Source: Candidatus Deferrimicrobiaceae bacterium
GTDB lineage: Bacteria > Chloroflexota > Limnocylindria > Limnocylindrales > CSP1-4
DNA: 38,507 bases
Assembly (NCBI GenBank): GCA_035465135.1
Contig: DATHRO010000102.1
Coordinates: forward strand, 1-38,507
Direction: 5' to 3'
Positions 24,641-32,626 of this stretch are shown here, in pieces. A program made the position numbers and the translations under genes. The notes below the pieces were generated by a model. The model was not told where the DNA came from. It saw only the letters and a program-made list of their open reading frames with translations, and made no database searches. How positions within the stretch are numbered: the stretch's first letter is position 1; the number at the start of each line of letters is the position of its first letter.

Positions 24641-25054
24641 ATGCGCGTGACCCTGTCGCTGCGGGGCGACTACGCCGTGCGAACGATGCTCGCTCTCGGC
24701 GAGCACCGGGATGACGGCCTGCTGAGCGCCGGGCGGATCGCCGAGCGGATGCAGATCCCGGTGCGCTTCGTGGCCCACGTCCTGGGTGACCTCGTGCGGG
24801 CCGGCCTCGTCAGCGGCCGACCCGGGCGCCACGGCGGCTATCAGCTCGCCCTACCGGCTCGGCAGATCGACCTGCTGCGGATCGTCGACGCCGCCGAGGA
24901 CCGCGGCGACGTCGCGCGCTGCGTGCTGCGCGGCGGGCCATGCGATCCGAGCGGCCGATGCGCGGTCCACGATGCCTTCGCCGCCGCCAACGAGGCGCTC
25001 CGCAGCGAGCTGGCGGCGAGGCGGCTCTCGGAGCTGGTCGACGGCGGTCGCTGA
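24641..25054 (+). CDS. Rrf2-family transcriptional regulator (NsrR-like by context) with a three-Cys motif
   Basis: AGGAG lies 3 nt upstream of the ATG. MRVTLSLRGDYAVRTMLAL...GRPGRHGGYQL..., with Cys triad CVLRGGPCDPSGRC. Confidence 0.85.
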   Translation: MRVTLSLRGDYAVRTMLALGEHRDDGLLSAGRIAERMQIPVRFVAHVLGDLVRAGLVSGRPGRHGGYQLALPARQIDLLRIVDAAEDRGDVARCVLRGGPCDPSGRCAVHDAFAAANEALRSELAARRLSELVDGGR

Positions 25055-25134
25055 CCCCGCTCCGACGGAGGGGTCGGGCCATTTGGCCCCCTGATCGGGA
25101 CCATTCGGCACGTCATCCAAAACACGTATCTCCC

Positions 25135-25148
25135 CGATATTCATATCG
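25135..25148. promoter_or_regulatory. Palindrome CGATAT-tc-ATATCG inside the only AT-rich patch upstream of nirK, a candidate operator or promoter element
   Basis: Read directly from the sequence. The surrounding bases (about 25117-25150, ccaaaacacgtatctccccgatattcatatcg) are conspicuously AT-rich for this genome. The site lies 80-110 nt upstream of the nirK start. Confidence 0.4.
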
Positions 25149-25227
25149 CGCAACTCACAGTTCGCGGCTACGGAATCGCGGCGCCGCAGGGGACCTTGGA
25201 CGCGGCGTCGATCGGGAGGTCTACGCC

Positions 25228-26748
25228 ATGATCAGGCTCCGCTTCATCGCCTTCGTCGTCGTCGCCGGGCTCGTGGCCGCCTGTGCCCCGACGGCCAGCG
25301 CACCCCACTGGACCTTCCCGCCCGGGAACGTCGTGGACGCCACGTCCCAGCCCAGCTCTGCCCCGACGGCGCCACCGGCCGGCCCGCCCACGACCGCCAC
25401 CAGCGTGGTGCCCGACCTGACGCCGATCGCCGAGCTCGCTACCGCGCCGGCCGATGAGCAGCACGTCGGCTATGCGCCGGGCACGGGCGGCGACCCCATC
25501 AGCCGCGACTACCAGGCTGCATACGAGGTCCGTCTCGAGGTCCTGGAGAATGTCTGCACGATCGACGCCGAGAAGGGCGTCCGCGTTTCGATGTGGGGCT
25601 ATCGCGTCGAAGGCGATGACCAGATCACCTGCGGCACGCCCGGGCCCGTGCTGCGAGGCCGGGTCGGGGACGCGGTCACGATCACGCTGACCAACCTTCC
25701 CGGCAACACCCACCCGCACAACATCGACTTCCATGCCGTGACCGGACAGGGCGGCGGCGCGGCCGACCTGACCGTCGCGCCCGGCGAGACGAAGTCGATC
25801 ATCGTCCGGCTGCTCTATCCCGGCGCGTTCATGTACCACTGCGCCTATGGCGACGTGCCGGTCCACATCATGCACGGCATGTACGGCATGTTCATTGTCG
25901 ATCCTGAGACGCCACTCCCGGCCGTCGCGCACGAGTGGGCGATCATGCAGTCGGAGTGGTACCTGACGACGCCGGACGCGACCGGGCTGGCCGACGTCGA
26001 CAAGGTCACCATGGCGGCCGAGGACCCGACGTACGTCGTCTTCAACGGGGTCATCGGCTCGCTCACCGGTGACAACACGCTCCGGATGGCCGTCGGCGAG
26101 CGGGCGCGAATCTACTTCGTCAACGAGGGCCTGAACCTCAACAGCAACTTCCATCCGATCGGGTCGCACTGGGACGCCGTCTACCCGGAGGCCGCGACGC
26201 TGCCCGGCAACCCGATCATCCGTGGCTCCCAGTCCACGCTCGTGGTCACCGGCGGCGGGACGGTCGTCGAGATCGTCGCGCAGGTGCCCCAGACGATCCT
26301 GTTGGTCGACCACGCCCTCACCCGGACGTTCTACAAGGGCGCCCTTGCCACGATCGTCGTCGACGGCTCGCCCAACCCGGAGATCTTCCAGGCGGCCGGG
26401 GTCGTGCAGCCACCGCCAGCGCAGACGCCGCCCCCGGCGGACGCCGCCCAGGTGACGATCACCAAGGACGGCTGGCTTGACCCGACCAGCGCCGAGAACG
26501 CGTTCGACCCGAACACGATCACGGTTCCCGTCGGCACGACGGTCACCTGGACCAACGGCGACACGACCCTGCACACGGTCACGTCGGGCACGTCGGCCAG
26601 CAACGTGGGCACGCCCGACGGGCGGTTCGACTCCGGCTTCATCGCCGAGGGCGCGACGTTCTCGTACACGTTCACCGAGGCCGGCGAGTTCCCGTACTTC
26701 TGCCTGCCGCATCCGTGGATGATCGGCCAGGTCGTCGTCACGCCCTGA
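25228..26748 (+). CDS. nirK: Copper-containing nitrite reductase (NirK) lipoprotein with a fused C-terminal type-1 cupredoxin domain
   Basis: GGGAGG lies 8 nt upstream of the ATG, and there is a lipobox (LVAAC). NirK ligand motifs are HPHNIDFHAVTG (T1 His, catalytic Asp, T2 His), YHCAYGDVPVHIMHGMYG (T2 His, then T1 Cys, His and Met) and FHPIGSHWD. After a Pro-rich linker (QPPPAQTPPPAD) comes a plastocyanin/amicyanin-like domain of about 100 aa with LHTVTS...YFCLPHPWM (His, Cys, His and Met ligands). Confidence 0.85.
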   Translation: MIRLRFIAFVVVAGLVAACAPTASAPHWTFPPGNVVDATSQPSSAPTAPPAGPPTTATSVVPDLTPIAELATAPADEQHVGYAPGTGGDPISRDYQAAYEVRLEVLENVCTIDAEKGVRVSMWGYRVEGDDQITCGTPGPVLRGRVGDAVTITLTNLPGNTHPHNIDFHAVTGQGGGAADLTVAPGETKSIIVRLLYPGAFMYHCAYGDVPVHIMHGMYGMFIVDPETPLPAVAHEWAIMQSEWYLTTPDATGLADVDKVTMAAEDPTYVVFNGVIGSLTGDNTLRMAVGERARIYFVNEGLNLNSNFHPIGSHWDAVYPEAATLPGNPIIRGSQSTLVVTGGGTVVEIVAQVPQTILLVDHALTRTFYKGALATIVVDGSPNPEIFQAAGVVQPPPAQTPPPADAAQVTITKDGWLDPTSAENAFDPNTITVPVGTTVTWTNGDTTLHTVTSGTSASNVGTPDGRFDSGFIAEGATFSYTFTEAGEFPYFCLPHPWMIGQVVVTP

Positions 26749-26788
26749 CGCCGCGGTTCCCGCGGCGTCGATCCCGCCTCTCCCGCCC

Positions 26789-26819
26789 GGCCGCGCCCGC
26801 TTCCCCTGCGGGCGCGGCC
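26789..26819 (+). terminator. GC-rich 12-bp stem hairpin between nirK and the downstream membrane gene. It is preceded by a second hairpin at 26748-26768.
   Basis: GGCCGCGCCCGC-ttcccct-GCGGGCGCGGCC, a perfect stem. The upstream hairpin is ACGCCGCGG-ttc-CCGCGGCGT. The downstream tail CCTTCATCCTTCT is pyrimidine-rich but is not a clean U-run. Confidence 0.5.
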
Positions 26820-26839
26820 CCTTCATCCTTCTGCTGCTG

Positions 26840-28159
26840 ATGGACTCCCGGTCACTCCCGCGCCTGCCGGTGGTCGAACGCCCGCCCACCCGGCTTGGCC
26901 CGGACCGCGGGACGGACCGGCGCCTGACCTTCGGCGGGCTCGTGGTGGCCATCGGCTTCCTGGCCGCGGCGCTCGTCTCGCTGCTGCTGCCGGCGGAGGT
27001 TCGCATGGGCTGGTGGCTGCCGCTCCACTTCGCGCTCGCAGGAGCCGCGGGGACGGCGATCGCGGCGATGCTGCCGTTCTTCGTCGCGGCCCTGACCGTC
27101 GCGCCGCCGGCCGCGCCGATCCTCCATGGCGCGGCGATCGGGCTGGTGGCCCACGGTGCAGCGCTGGCCGCGGTCGGTCGGGCCAGTGGCGCGGCGCTTC
27201 CCGACCCGCTCGCCGCCGTCGGCGCGGGAGCCTACGTCGCGGGCGCGGCCGCGGTCGGGCTCGCGGCCGCCATGACCCTGCGGCGCGCGACAGGCCCGCG
27301 GCGACCGGCGACCGAGCTGGCCTACGGGGTCGGGCTCGCGGCCGTCGGGATCGGCGCGGCGCTCGCGGCGCTCTACCTGCTCGGCGCCCCGGAGGTCGTC
27401 CGAGCGTGGCCGTCGCTCCGCGTCGCCCACGCCTGGCTAAACGCGTTCGGGTTCGTGGGCCTCGTCGTCGCGGGGACCCTGCTGCACTTCGCCCCGACTG
27501 TGGTCGGGGCGCGGATCCGGCGGCGGCGCAGCGGCCTCGTCGCCGTCGCCGGGCTGGCCGCCGGCCCGGCGGTGGTTGCGCTCGGCTACGCGGCCGGGGC
27601 GGACCTGGCCGCCCGGCTCGGCGCCCTGGCGACGATCGGGGGCGCAGCCGCCCTGGCGGTCCACGGCGCGCAGGCACAGCGCGACGCGGCGGGCTGGACG
27701 ACCGACTCCGCCTGGCACCGCTTCACGAGCGGCTCGCTCCTGGCCGCGCCAGCCTGGCTGGTCGTCGCGACCTTGGTCGCCGGCCTGCCCGTCGTCGCGG
27801 CCGGTGGGACGCCCATGGCGTGGCGCCTCGAGCCGGTCCTCGCGCCACTCGTGGCCGGCTTCGTCGTCCAGGTCCTGCTCGGCGCCCTGGCCCACCTCGT
27901 CCCGGCGATCGGGCCGGGCGGGCCGGAGCGGCACGCCGACGCACGGCGCATCCTCGGCCGGGACGCGACGCCACGGCTCGCGGCCTGGAACGTCGGGGTC
28001 GCGGCCCTCACGCTCGGCCTGCTAGCCGATCCCGCGAGCGTCGCCGGACCGGTGGCAACCGTCGCCGGCGGCCTGGTCGCGATCGGTGCGGCTTTGGCCG
28101 CGACGAGCCTCGTCGCGGCGCTCGTGCTGCTCGGGCTATGCCTCCGCGACCGTCGGTGA
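26840..28159 (+). CDS. 12-TM membrane protein with intramembrane His residues, possibly NnrS-like
   Basis: I count about 12 hydrophobic segments. His residues sit in TM-like segments: WWLPLHFALAG, HAWLNAFGFVGLVVAGTLLHFAPT, LLGALAHLVP. It lies immediately downstream of nirK. The NnrS assignment rests on topology and context only. Confidence 0.6.
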   Translation: MDSRSLPRLPVVERPPTRLGPDRGTDRRLTFGGLVVAIGFLAAALVSLLLPAEVRMGWWLPLHFALAGAAGTAIAAMLPFFVAALTVAPPAAPILHGAAIGLVAHGAALAAVGRASGAALPDPLAAVGAGAYVAGAAAVGLAAAMTLRRATGPRRPATELAYGVGLAAVGIGAALAALYLLGAPEVVRAWPSLRVAHAWLNAFGFVGLVVAGTLLHFAPTVVGARIRRRRSGLVAVAGLAAGPAVVALGYAAGADLAARLGALATIGGAAALAVHGAQAQRDAAGWTTDSAWHRFTSGSLLAAPAWLVVATLVAGLPVVAAGGTPMAWRLEPVLAPLVAGFVVQVLLGALAHLVPAIGPGGPERHADARRILGRDATPRLAAWNVGVAALTLGLLADPASVAGPVATVAGGLVAIGAALAATSLVAALVLLGLCLRDRR

Positions 28160-28600
28160 GCCGCGGACCCAGACGATCAGCGCGATGACGAATCGGGCGA
28201 TCAGGGACAGCCCGTAGCTCGTGCACCAGACGCACACCGCGCCGATGACGAAGAGCTGCAGGTACATGAAGTAGATCTCGAAGATCACGCCCGCGAGCGA
28301 CAGGCCGTAGTGGGCCAGGAGCAGGGCGTAGAGATCGGTCTTCCACCACGCCACGGCCAGTGACAGGAGCAGCAGCGAGAGGCCGACGCCGAAGACCGCG
28401 ACGGGAATGCCGGCGATCCGGCTGTACTCGCTGCGGGCGACTTCCTCGCAGCCGCCGATCGGGCCGCAGACCGGCACGCCGCCGCCGAGCTCGACAACCG
28501 ACAGATACGACGCGATCGCGAGGCCGACGACGTCGAGGACCGCCAGGATGATCCCCGGGTGGACGCCGAGGATGGGCCTGACGGTCGACCGCCGCATCAC
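28136..28600 (-). CDS. Vitamin K epoxide reductase (VKOR)-family membrane protein
   Basis: Loop Cys pair (PVCGPIGGCEEV) and TM CxxC (CVWC), with 4-5 TM segments. Its start overlaps the dsbA-like stop. Confidence 0.8.
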   Translation of the reverse strand: MMRRSTVRPILGVHPGIILAVLDVVGLAIASYLSVVELGGGVPVCGPIGGCEEVARSEYSRIAGIPVAVFGVGLSLLLLSLAVAWWKTDLYALLLAHYGLSLAGVIFEIYFMYLQLFVIGAVCVWCTSYGLSLIARFVIALIVWVRGSPTVAEA

Positions 28601-29403
28601 GGGTTCGGGCTGGGCGAGGCGGCCGGGGCGGGCGAGGCGAGCGCCTGGATCATGGCCGCGACGTCAGCATACGGCTGCACGCCACTCTGCAGCCGCTGGC
28701 CGTTGAGGACGAGCGTCGGGGTCGAGCCGATGCCGGACGAAAGGGCGGTGCTGGTCTGGCTGCGGATCGCGGCCGCGACGTCCTCGCGCGCGATACAGGC
28801 GTCCCATGCGGCGCGGTCCACGCCGGCGGCGTCGGCCACCCGGGCGATGAACGCCGCGTCGTGGTCACCCCGGTTCTCGCGACCCTGGTTGGCGAACACG
28901 ATGTCGTGGAATTGCCAATAGCGATCCTGCTCTGCGGCGCAGGCCGCGCCGACCGCCAGGCGCAGCGATTCCTCGGATCCGCCGCGATCGATGATCACGA
29001 TGTCACGGGCCTCGATCCGGAGCGTGCCCGGCTTGGCGAACTCGTTCACGAAGCCGGCCAGCTGGTTGGTCACGAACACCTTGCACGCCGGGCACTGGAA
29101 GTCGGAGTAGATCTCCATCACGACCGGGGCATCGGCCGGACCGACGGCCTCGCCGTCGGTCAAGTCCGCGGTGTACGGCATCGCCGGGATCACGAGCTCG
29201 CCCGGCGGCTCGTCGCGCGGCAGGCCGAACAGGATCACGACCACCCCGACGAGCACCGCGACGACCGTGATGATCGCCAGCGGCGACTGCCAGACCGGCC
29301 GGTCCTGGGGCCGTCGCGCCCGCGCTCGCGGGCCGCGGGGCTCGAGTCGCGCCGCGGCGCGCCGCTCGCGACGGGACGGTGGGGGGTTCTGGGAACGGGT
29401 CAC
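28597..29403 (-). CDS. DsbA-family thiol:disulfide oxidoreductase, membrane-anchored
   Basis: An N-terminal TM anchor and the thioredoxin-fold active site FQCPACK. The GTG at 29403 has AGAGG upstream. The longer track start at 29526 adds a stretch with poor third-position GC. Confidence 0.8.
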   Translation of the reverse strand: MTRSQNPPPSRRERRAAARLEPRGPRARARRPQDRPVWQSPLAIITVVAVLVGVVVILFGLPRDEPPGELVIPAMPYTADLTDGEAVGPADAPVVMEIYSDFQCPACKVFVTNQLAGFVNEFAKPGTLRIEARDIVIIDRGGSEESLRLAVGAACAAEQDRYWQFHDIVFANQGRENRGDHDAAFIARVADAAGVDRAAWDACIAREDVAAAIRSQTSTALSSGIGSTPTLVLNGQRLQSGVQPYADVAAMIQALASPAPAASPSPNP

Positions 29404-29811
29404 GGTGTGGCCTCTCAGCGGCAGGAGCGAACTGGGGCGCCGACGGCTTCGGGCCCTCCAAGACGAGCATCCGGGCCGGCCCGGCATCGACGATAGGGCC
29501 GAATCGCCCGCGGCACCCGGGACCATCGGAGGGCTGCGGCCGGGACGATCACCGCATCCGTCGGTGAAACCCGGGACGCGCAGGCTGCCTCACACGGGTA
29601 GTCGACCCGCAACGGTGAGGTCCTCGCATGCAGCACGCCGGCGCCGGGGGCGCGTCGCTGGCTCGCGCGCCGGTCTCTCTAGGATCTCTGCGGCTCGGGC
29701 TCCCGAGCCTCGTGGTCGTCGGTGCCCCGCCGCGCGGGCGATGACGTTCTGGGTCAGGACCGAGGCCGCCATCAGCGCGATCGGCTGACAGGAGCGCCCG
29801 GAAACGAGCGG

Positions 29812-30633
29812 CTACCCGCCAGTGACGAACTCGCCGCCGTCGACGCCGATGATGTCGCCGTTGATGAACTCGGTGGCCTCGCCCGACAGGGCCAGGATCG
29901 CGCTCGCGACGTCCTGCGGCGTCGTCATGCGTCCGGTCGGGTTGCGCTGCATCGTGATCTCGATCATCTGCTCCGCCTCGGGGATCTTGCGCAGCGCGGG
30001 CGTATCGGTCACGCCGGCGCGGATCGCGTTGACGGTGATGCCGGTGTCGCGTCGGGCGAGCTCCATGGCGAGCTGGCGAACGTGCGATTCAAGGGCCGCC
30101 TTGGCGCTCGACACGACACCGTACGACGGCACGACCCGGCTGGAGCCCTCGGAGGTCATCGCAAAGATCCTGGAGCCCCTGCCCAGGAAGCCGCCGCGGA
30201 CGAGGTCCTGGACCCAGTACACGAGGCTGTTGGCCATGACGTCCTGGGTCATCTCCATCTTCTTGCGATCGACGGCCGACTTGGGATCTTCGGCGATGAA
30301 CGGCACGAGGCTGCCGAACGCGAGCGAGTGCATCACGACCGCGACGAACGGCTCACGCCCGGCCGCACGGGCCGCGGCGAACCGCGCTCCGAGCTCCTCG
30401 AGCGCCGCGCCGCGCTTCTCGTCGTCGGCCGCGTTCATGTTGATGTAGAGGACCTCGACGCCCTCGGCCGCGAGCTCTGCCTTGAGCTCCTCCACGTGGG
30501 CCAACGCGGCCCTGAAATCGAGGTGGATCCCGCAGACGTTGAAGCCGGCTCGGGCCAGCGTCCGGGCCGTGGCCTCGCCCATCCCCGACGACGCGCCGAG
30601 GATCAGGGCCCAGCGCTCGCGGGAGTCGGGCAT
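29812..30633 (-). CDS. SDR-family oxidoreductase with Y-x6-K spacing (enoyl-ACP reductase FabL/FabI-like)
   Basis: LILGASSGMGEA (the NAD(P)-binding Gly motif) and SYGVVSSAKAAL (Y-x6-K). GGAGGGA precedes the ATG. Confidence 0.7.
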   Translation of the reverse strand: MPDSRERWALILGASSGMGEATARTLARAGFNVCGIHLDFRAALAHVEELKAELAAEGVEVLYINMNAADDEKRGAALEELGARFAAARAAGREPFVAVVMHSLAFGSLVPFIAEDPKSAVDRKKMEMTQDVMANSLVYWVQDLVRGGFLGRGSRIFAMTSEGSSRVVPSYGVVSSAKAALESHVRQLAMELARRDTGITVNAIRAGVTDTPALRKIPEAEQMIEITMQRNPTGRMTTPQDVASAILALSGEATEFINGDIIGVDGGEFVTGG

Positions 30634-30715
30634 GCGTCGTCCCTCCGATGCTCGTGGTCGTCGCGGGCGAGTCTAGCGGCCCCCGGCGGTCCCGGTCGGT
30701 GGGGACGGCCCGGCG

Positions 30716-31927
30716 TCAGATGACGCCCTCGGCTCGCAGGCGCGCAATCGCCGGGGCGTCGTAGCCGGCCTCGGCCAGGATCTCGTCGCTGTGCTCACCG
30801 ACGAGCGGTGGCGGCGTCCGAATTGCGGCCGGGGTCGCAGCCAGCCGGAACGGCGGCGCGACCTGATCGACCCGGCCGAGCTCAGGGTGGGCCAGCTCGA
30901 CGACGCTGCCAAGGGCGCGGGCCTGGGCCGAGTCGAGCGCCTCGCGGACGTCGCGGATGGGCGCGCACGGGACGGCGGCCTCGTCCAGCCGAGCGAGCCA
31001 GGTCGCGGTCGGCTCGGTCGCGAACCGTCGTGCCAACCGCGGGATCAGCTCGTCGCGATGTTCGACGCGATCGCCGTTTTTCGCGAATCTCGGTTCAGCG
31101 GCGAGCTCCGGCAGGCCGATCGCAGCGCAGAAGCGTGGCCACTGCCGCTCGCTGCCGACGCCGACCGCGATCTCGCCGTCGGCCGTGGCGAACGTCTCAT
31201 AGGGCACGATGCTCGGGTGGGCGTTGCCGCGACGAACGGGCCCGCGGCCGGTCACGATCGCGTTCTGGGCCTGGTTGACCAGCACGGCGAGGGTGCTCTC
31301 GAGGAGCGACACGTCGATCCGCTGGCCGGCGGCGGCACGACGGCCCCGGCCGACGAGCGCGGCCAGGACCGCGACCGCGCCGAAGGTGCCCGTGACGACG
31401 TCGCTGATCGCCACGCCGACCTTGAGCGGCCGCCCGCCGGGCTCGCCGGTGATCGACATCAGCCCGCCCCCGGCCTGGACGGTGAAGTCGTAGCCGGGCT
31501 TGGCCGCGTCAGGCCCGCTCGTCCCGAAGCCGCTGATCGCGAGGTGGACGAGGTCCGGGTTCAGCTCGGCCAGGGCGGCGTCGGAGAAGCCCAGCCGCTC
31601 GAAGCCCCCGACACGAAAGTTCTCGACGACGGCGTCCGCCCGCCGCAGCAGGGCCCGGAGGACATCGCGCCCGGCGTCGCGCGACAGATCGAGGCGCAGG
31701 CTGCGCTTGTTGCGGTTGACCGAGAGGTAGTACGCCGCGGTGCGCGTGCCCGCGGCCTCGTCACCGAGCCACGGCGGGCCCCAGCCCCGCGTCGCGTCGC
31801 CCGCCGGCGGCTCGACCTTCACGACGTCGGCCCCGAGATCCCCGAGCAGCATCGTGCAGTACGGACCGGCGAGGACCGTCGAGCAGTCGACGATGCGGAT
31901 CCCGGAGAGCGGGCCGAGTGGTGGCAT
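30716..31927 (-). CDS. Family III CoA-transferase (CaiB/BaiF/Frc family)
   Basis: LSGIRIVDCSTVLAGPYCTMLLGDLGADVVKVEPP.GD..R, and the Asp-containing ISDVVTG region. Confidence 0.9.
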   Translation of the reverse strand: MPPLGPLSGIRIVDCSTVLAGPYCTMLLGDLGADVVKVEPPAGDATRGWGPPWLGDEAAGTRTAAYYLSVNRNKRSLRLDLSRDAGRDVLRALLRRADAVVENFRVGGFERLGFSDAALAELNPDLVHLAISGFGTSGPDAAKPGYDFTVQAGGGLMSITGEPGGRPLKVGVAISDVVTGTFGAVAVLAALVGRGRRAAAGQRIDVSLLESTLAVLVNQAQNAIVTGRGPVRRGNAHPSIVPYETFATADGEIAVGVGSERQWPRFCAAIGLPELAAEPRFAKNGDRVEHRDELIPRLARRFATEPTATWLARLDEAAVPCAPIRDVREALDSAQARALGSVVELAHPELGRVDQVAPPFRLAATPAAIRTPPPLVGEHSDEILAEAGYDAPAIARLRAEGVI

Positions 31928-31951
31928 CGGCCGCGATGGTACGCGGGTGCG

Positions 31952-32560
31952 TCAGCCGGGCGGCAGGTCCCAGGAGCGGGCGTCGAGATCGCCCTCGCGC
32001 ACCCAGTCGAGCAGATCGCGGTTGACGACGACCGTCGACGCGGGTTCGCGAACGACGTCGTGGCCGGCGCGATAGAGGATCGCCGCATCGGTCAGCGGGA
32101 CCATCGAGCCCCGGGATCGGAGCGCGGCCAGCGGATCCTCGCCAGCCGGGCTGTGGAGACGGCCGGCGATCAGGTAGCGACCCGAGCGCATGACGAGCCC
32201 GTGTCGCTCGGTCGGGACCCGGCGGGCGCGATCACCGCGTGGGCCTCCGGCGTGGACGACGGCCAGCTCGTGGCGGCCGACCAGGATCTCCGGCACGACC
32301 ATCGAGCCGCCATCGGGCAGCCGCTCGGCCAGCGCATCGACGAGCACGAACTCGTCGTGGGCGTTGAGCATGTCGGTCAGGCGCGAGGCGTCGAGCCGCA
32401 CGCGGCCCGACAGGCGCTCGCCCGTCGAATAGGCGACGAAGTCGACCTCGGGCAGCACGTCGACGTCGTCGAACGGGCGCTCGCCGCCCGACCAGGACGT
32501 CGCACGGGGCGCGGGCTGTCGCAGGACCAGTCGGAGCCGGGCTCCGATCGAGCCGATCAC
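31952..32560 (-). CDS. Hypothetical protein with an apparent internal duplication
   Basis: A 202-aa ORF with a GTG start and no clear RBS. Two segments of about 65 aa share the same pattern (see findings). Confidence 0.5.
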   Translation of the reverse strand: MIGSIGARLRLVLRQPAPRATSWSGGERPFDDVDVLPEVDFVAYSTGERLSGRVRLDASRLTDMLNAHDEFVLVDALAERLPDGGSMVVPEILVGRHELAVVHAGGPRGDRARRVPTERHGLVMRSGRYLIAGRLHSPAGEDPLAALRSRGSMVPLTDAAILYRAGHDVVREPASTVVVNRDLLDWVREGDLDARSWDLPPG

Positions 32561-32626
32561 GCGCGCAGGATGCGCCGCCGCACGGCCGATCGTCCGCCCG
32601 ACGATGGTACGGGTCGCGCCGGGACC

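Noticed and set aside
29404-29526. A longer DsbA-like start at 29526, and similar long N-terminal extensions in the track (6929 for the BBE-like gene, 9906 for the propeller lipoprotein, 9064 for the SBP, 15525, 16634, 21449, 23354 and 24940)
   Set aside because: The extensions have poorer third-position GC, overlap neighbouring genes, or precede obvious signal-peptide or lipobox N-termini that have RBS-like sequences. The internal starts give proteins that match the family N-termini.
29563-29574. A GGTGAAACCCGG string resembling part of the cobalamin riboswitch core
   Set aside because: The flanking conserved elements (a B12 box and GCCACTG-type motifs) are not present. No plus-strand gene lies downstream for it to regulate.
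29752-29765. GGTCAGGACCGAGG, which resembles the SRP RNA domain IV 5' strand
   Set aside because: It lacks the GGAA tetraloop and the symmetric-loop partner sequence. The similarity is limited to a few bases.
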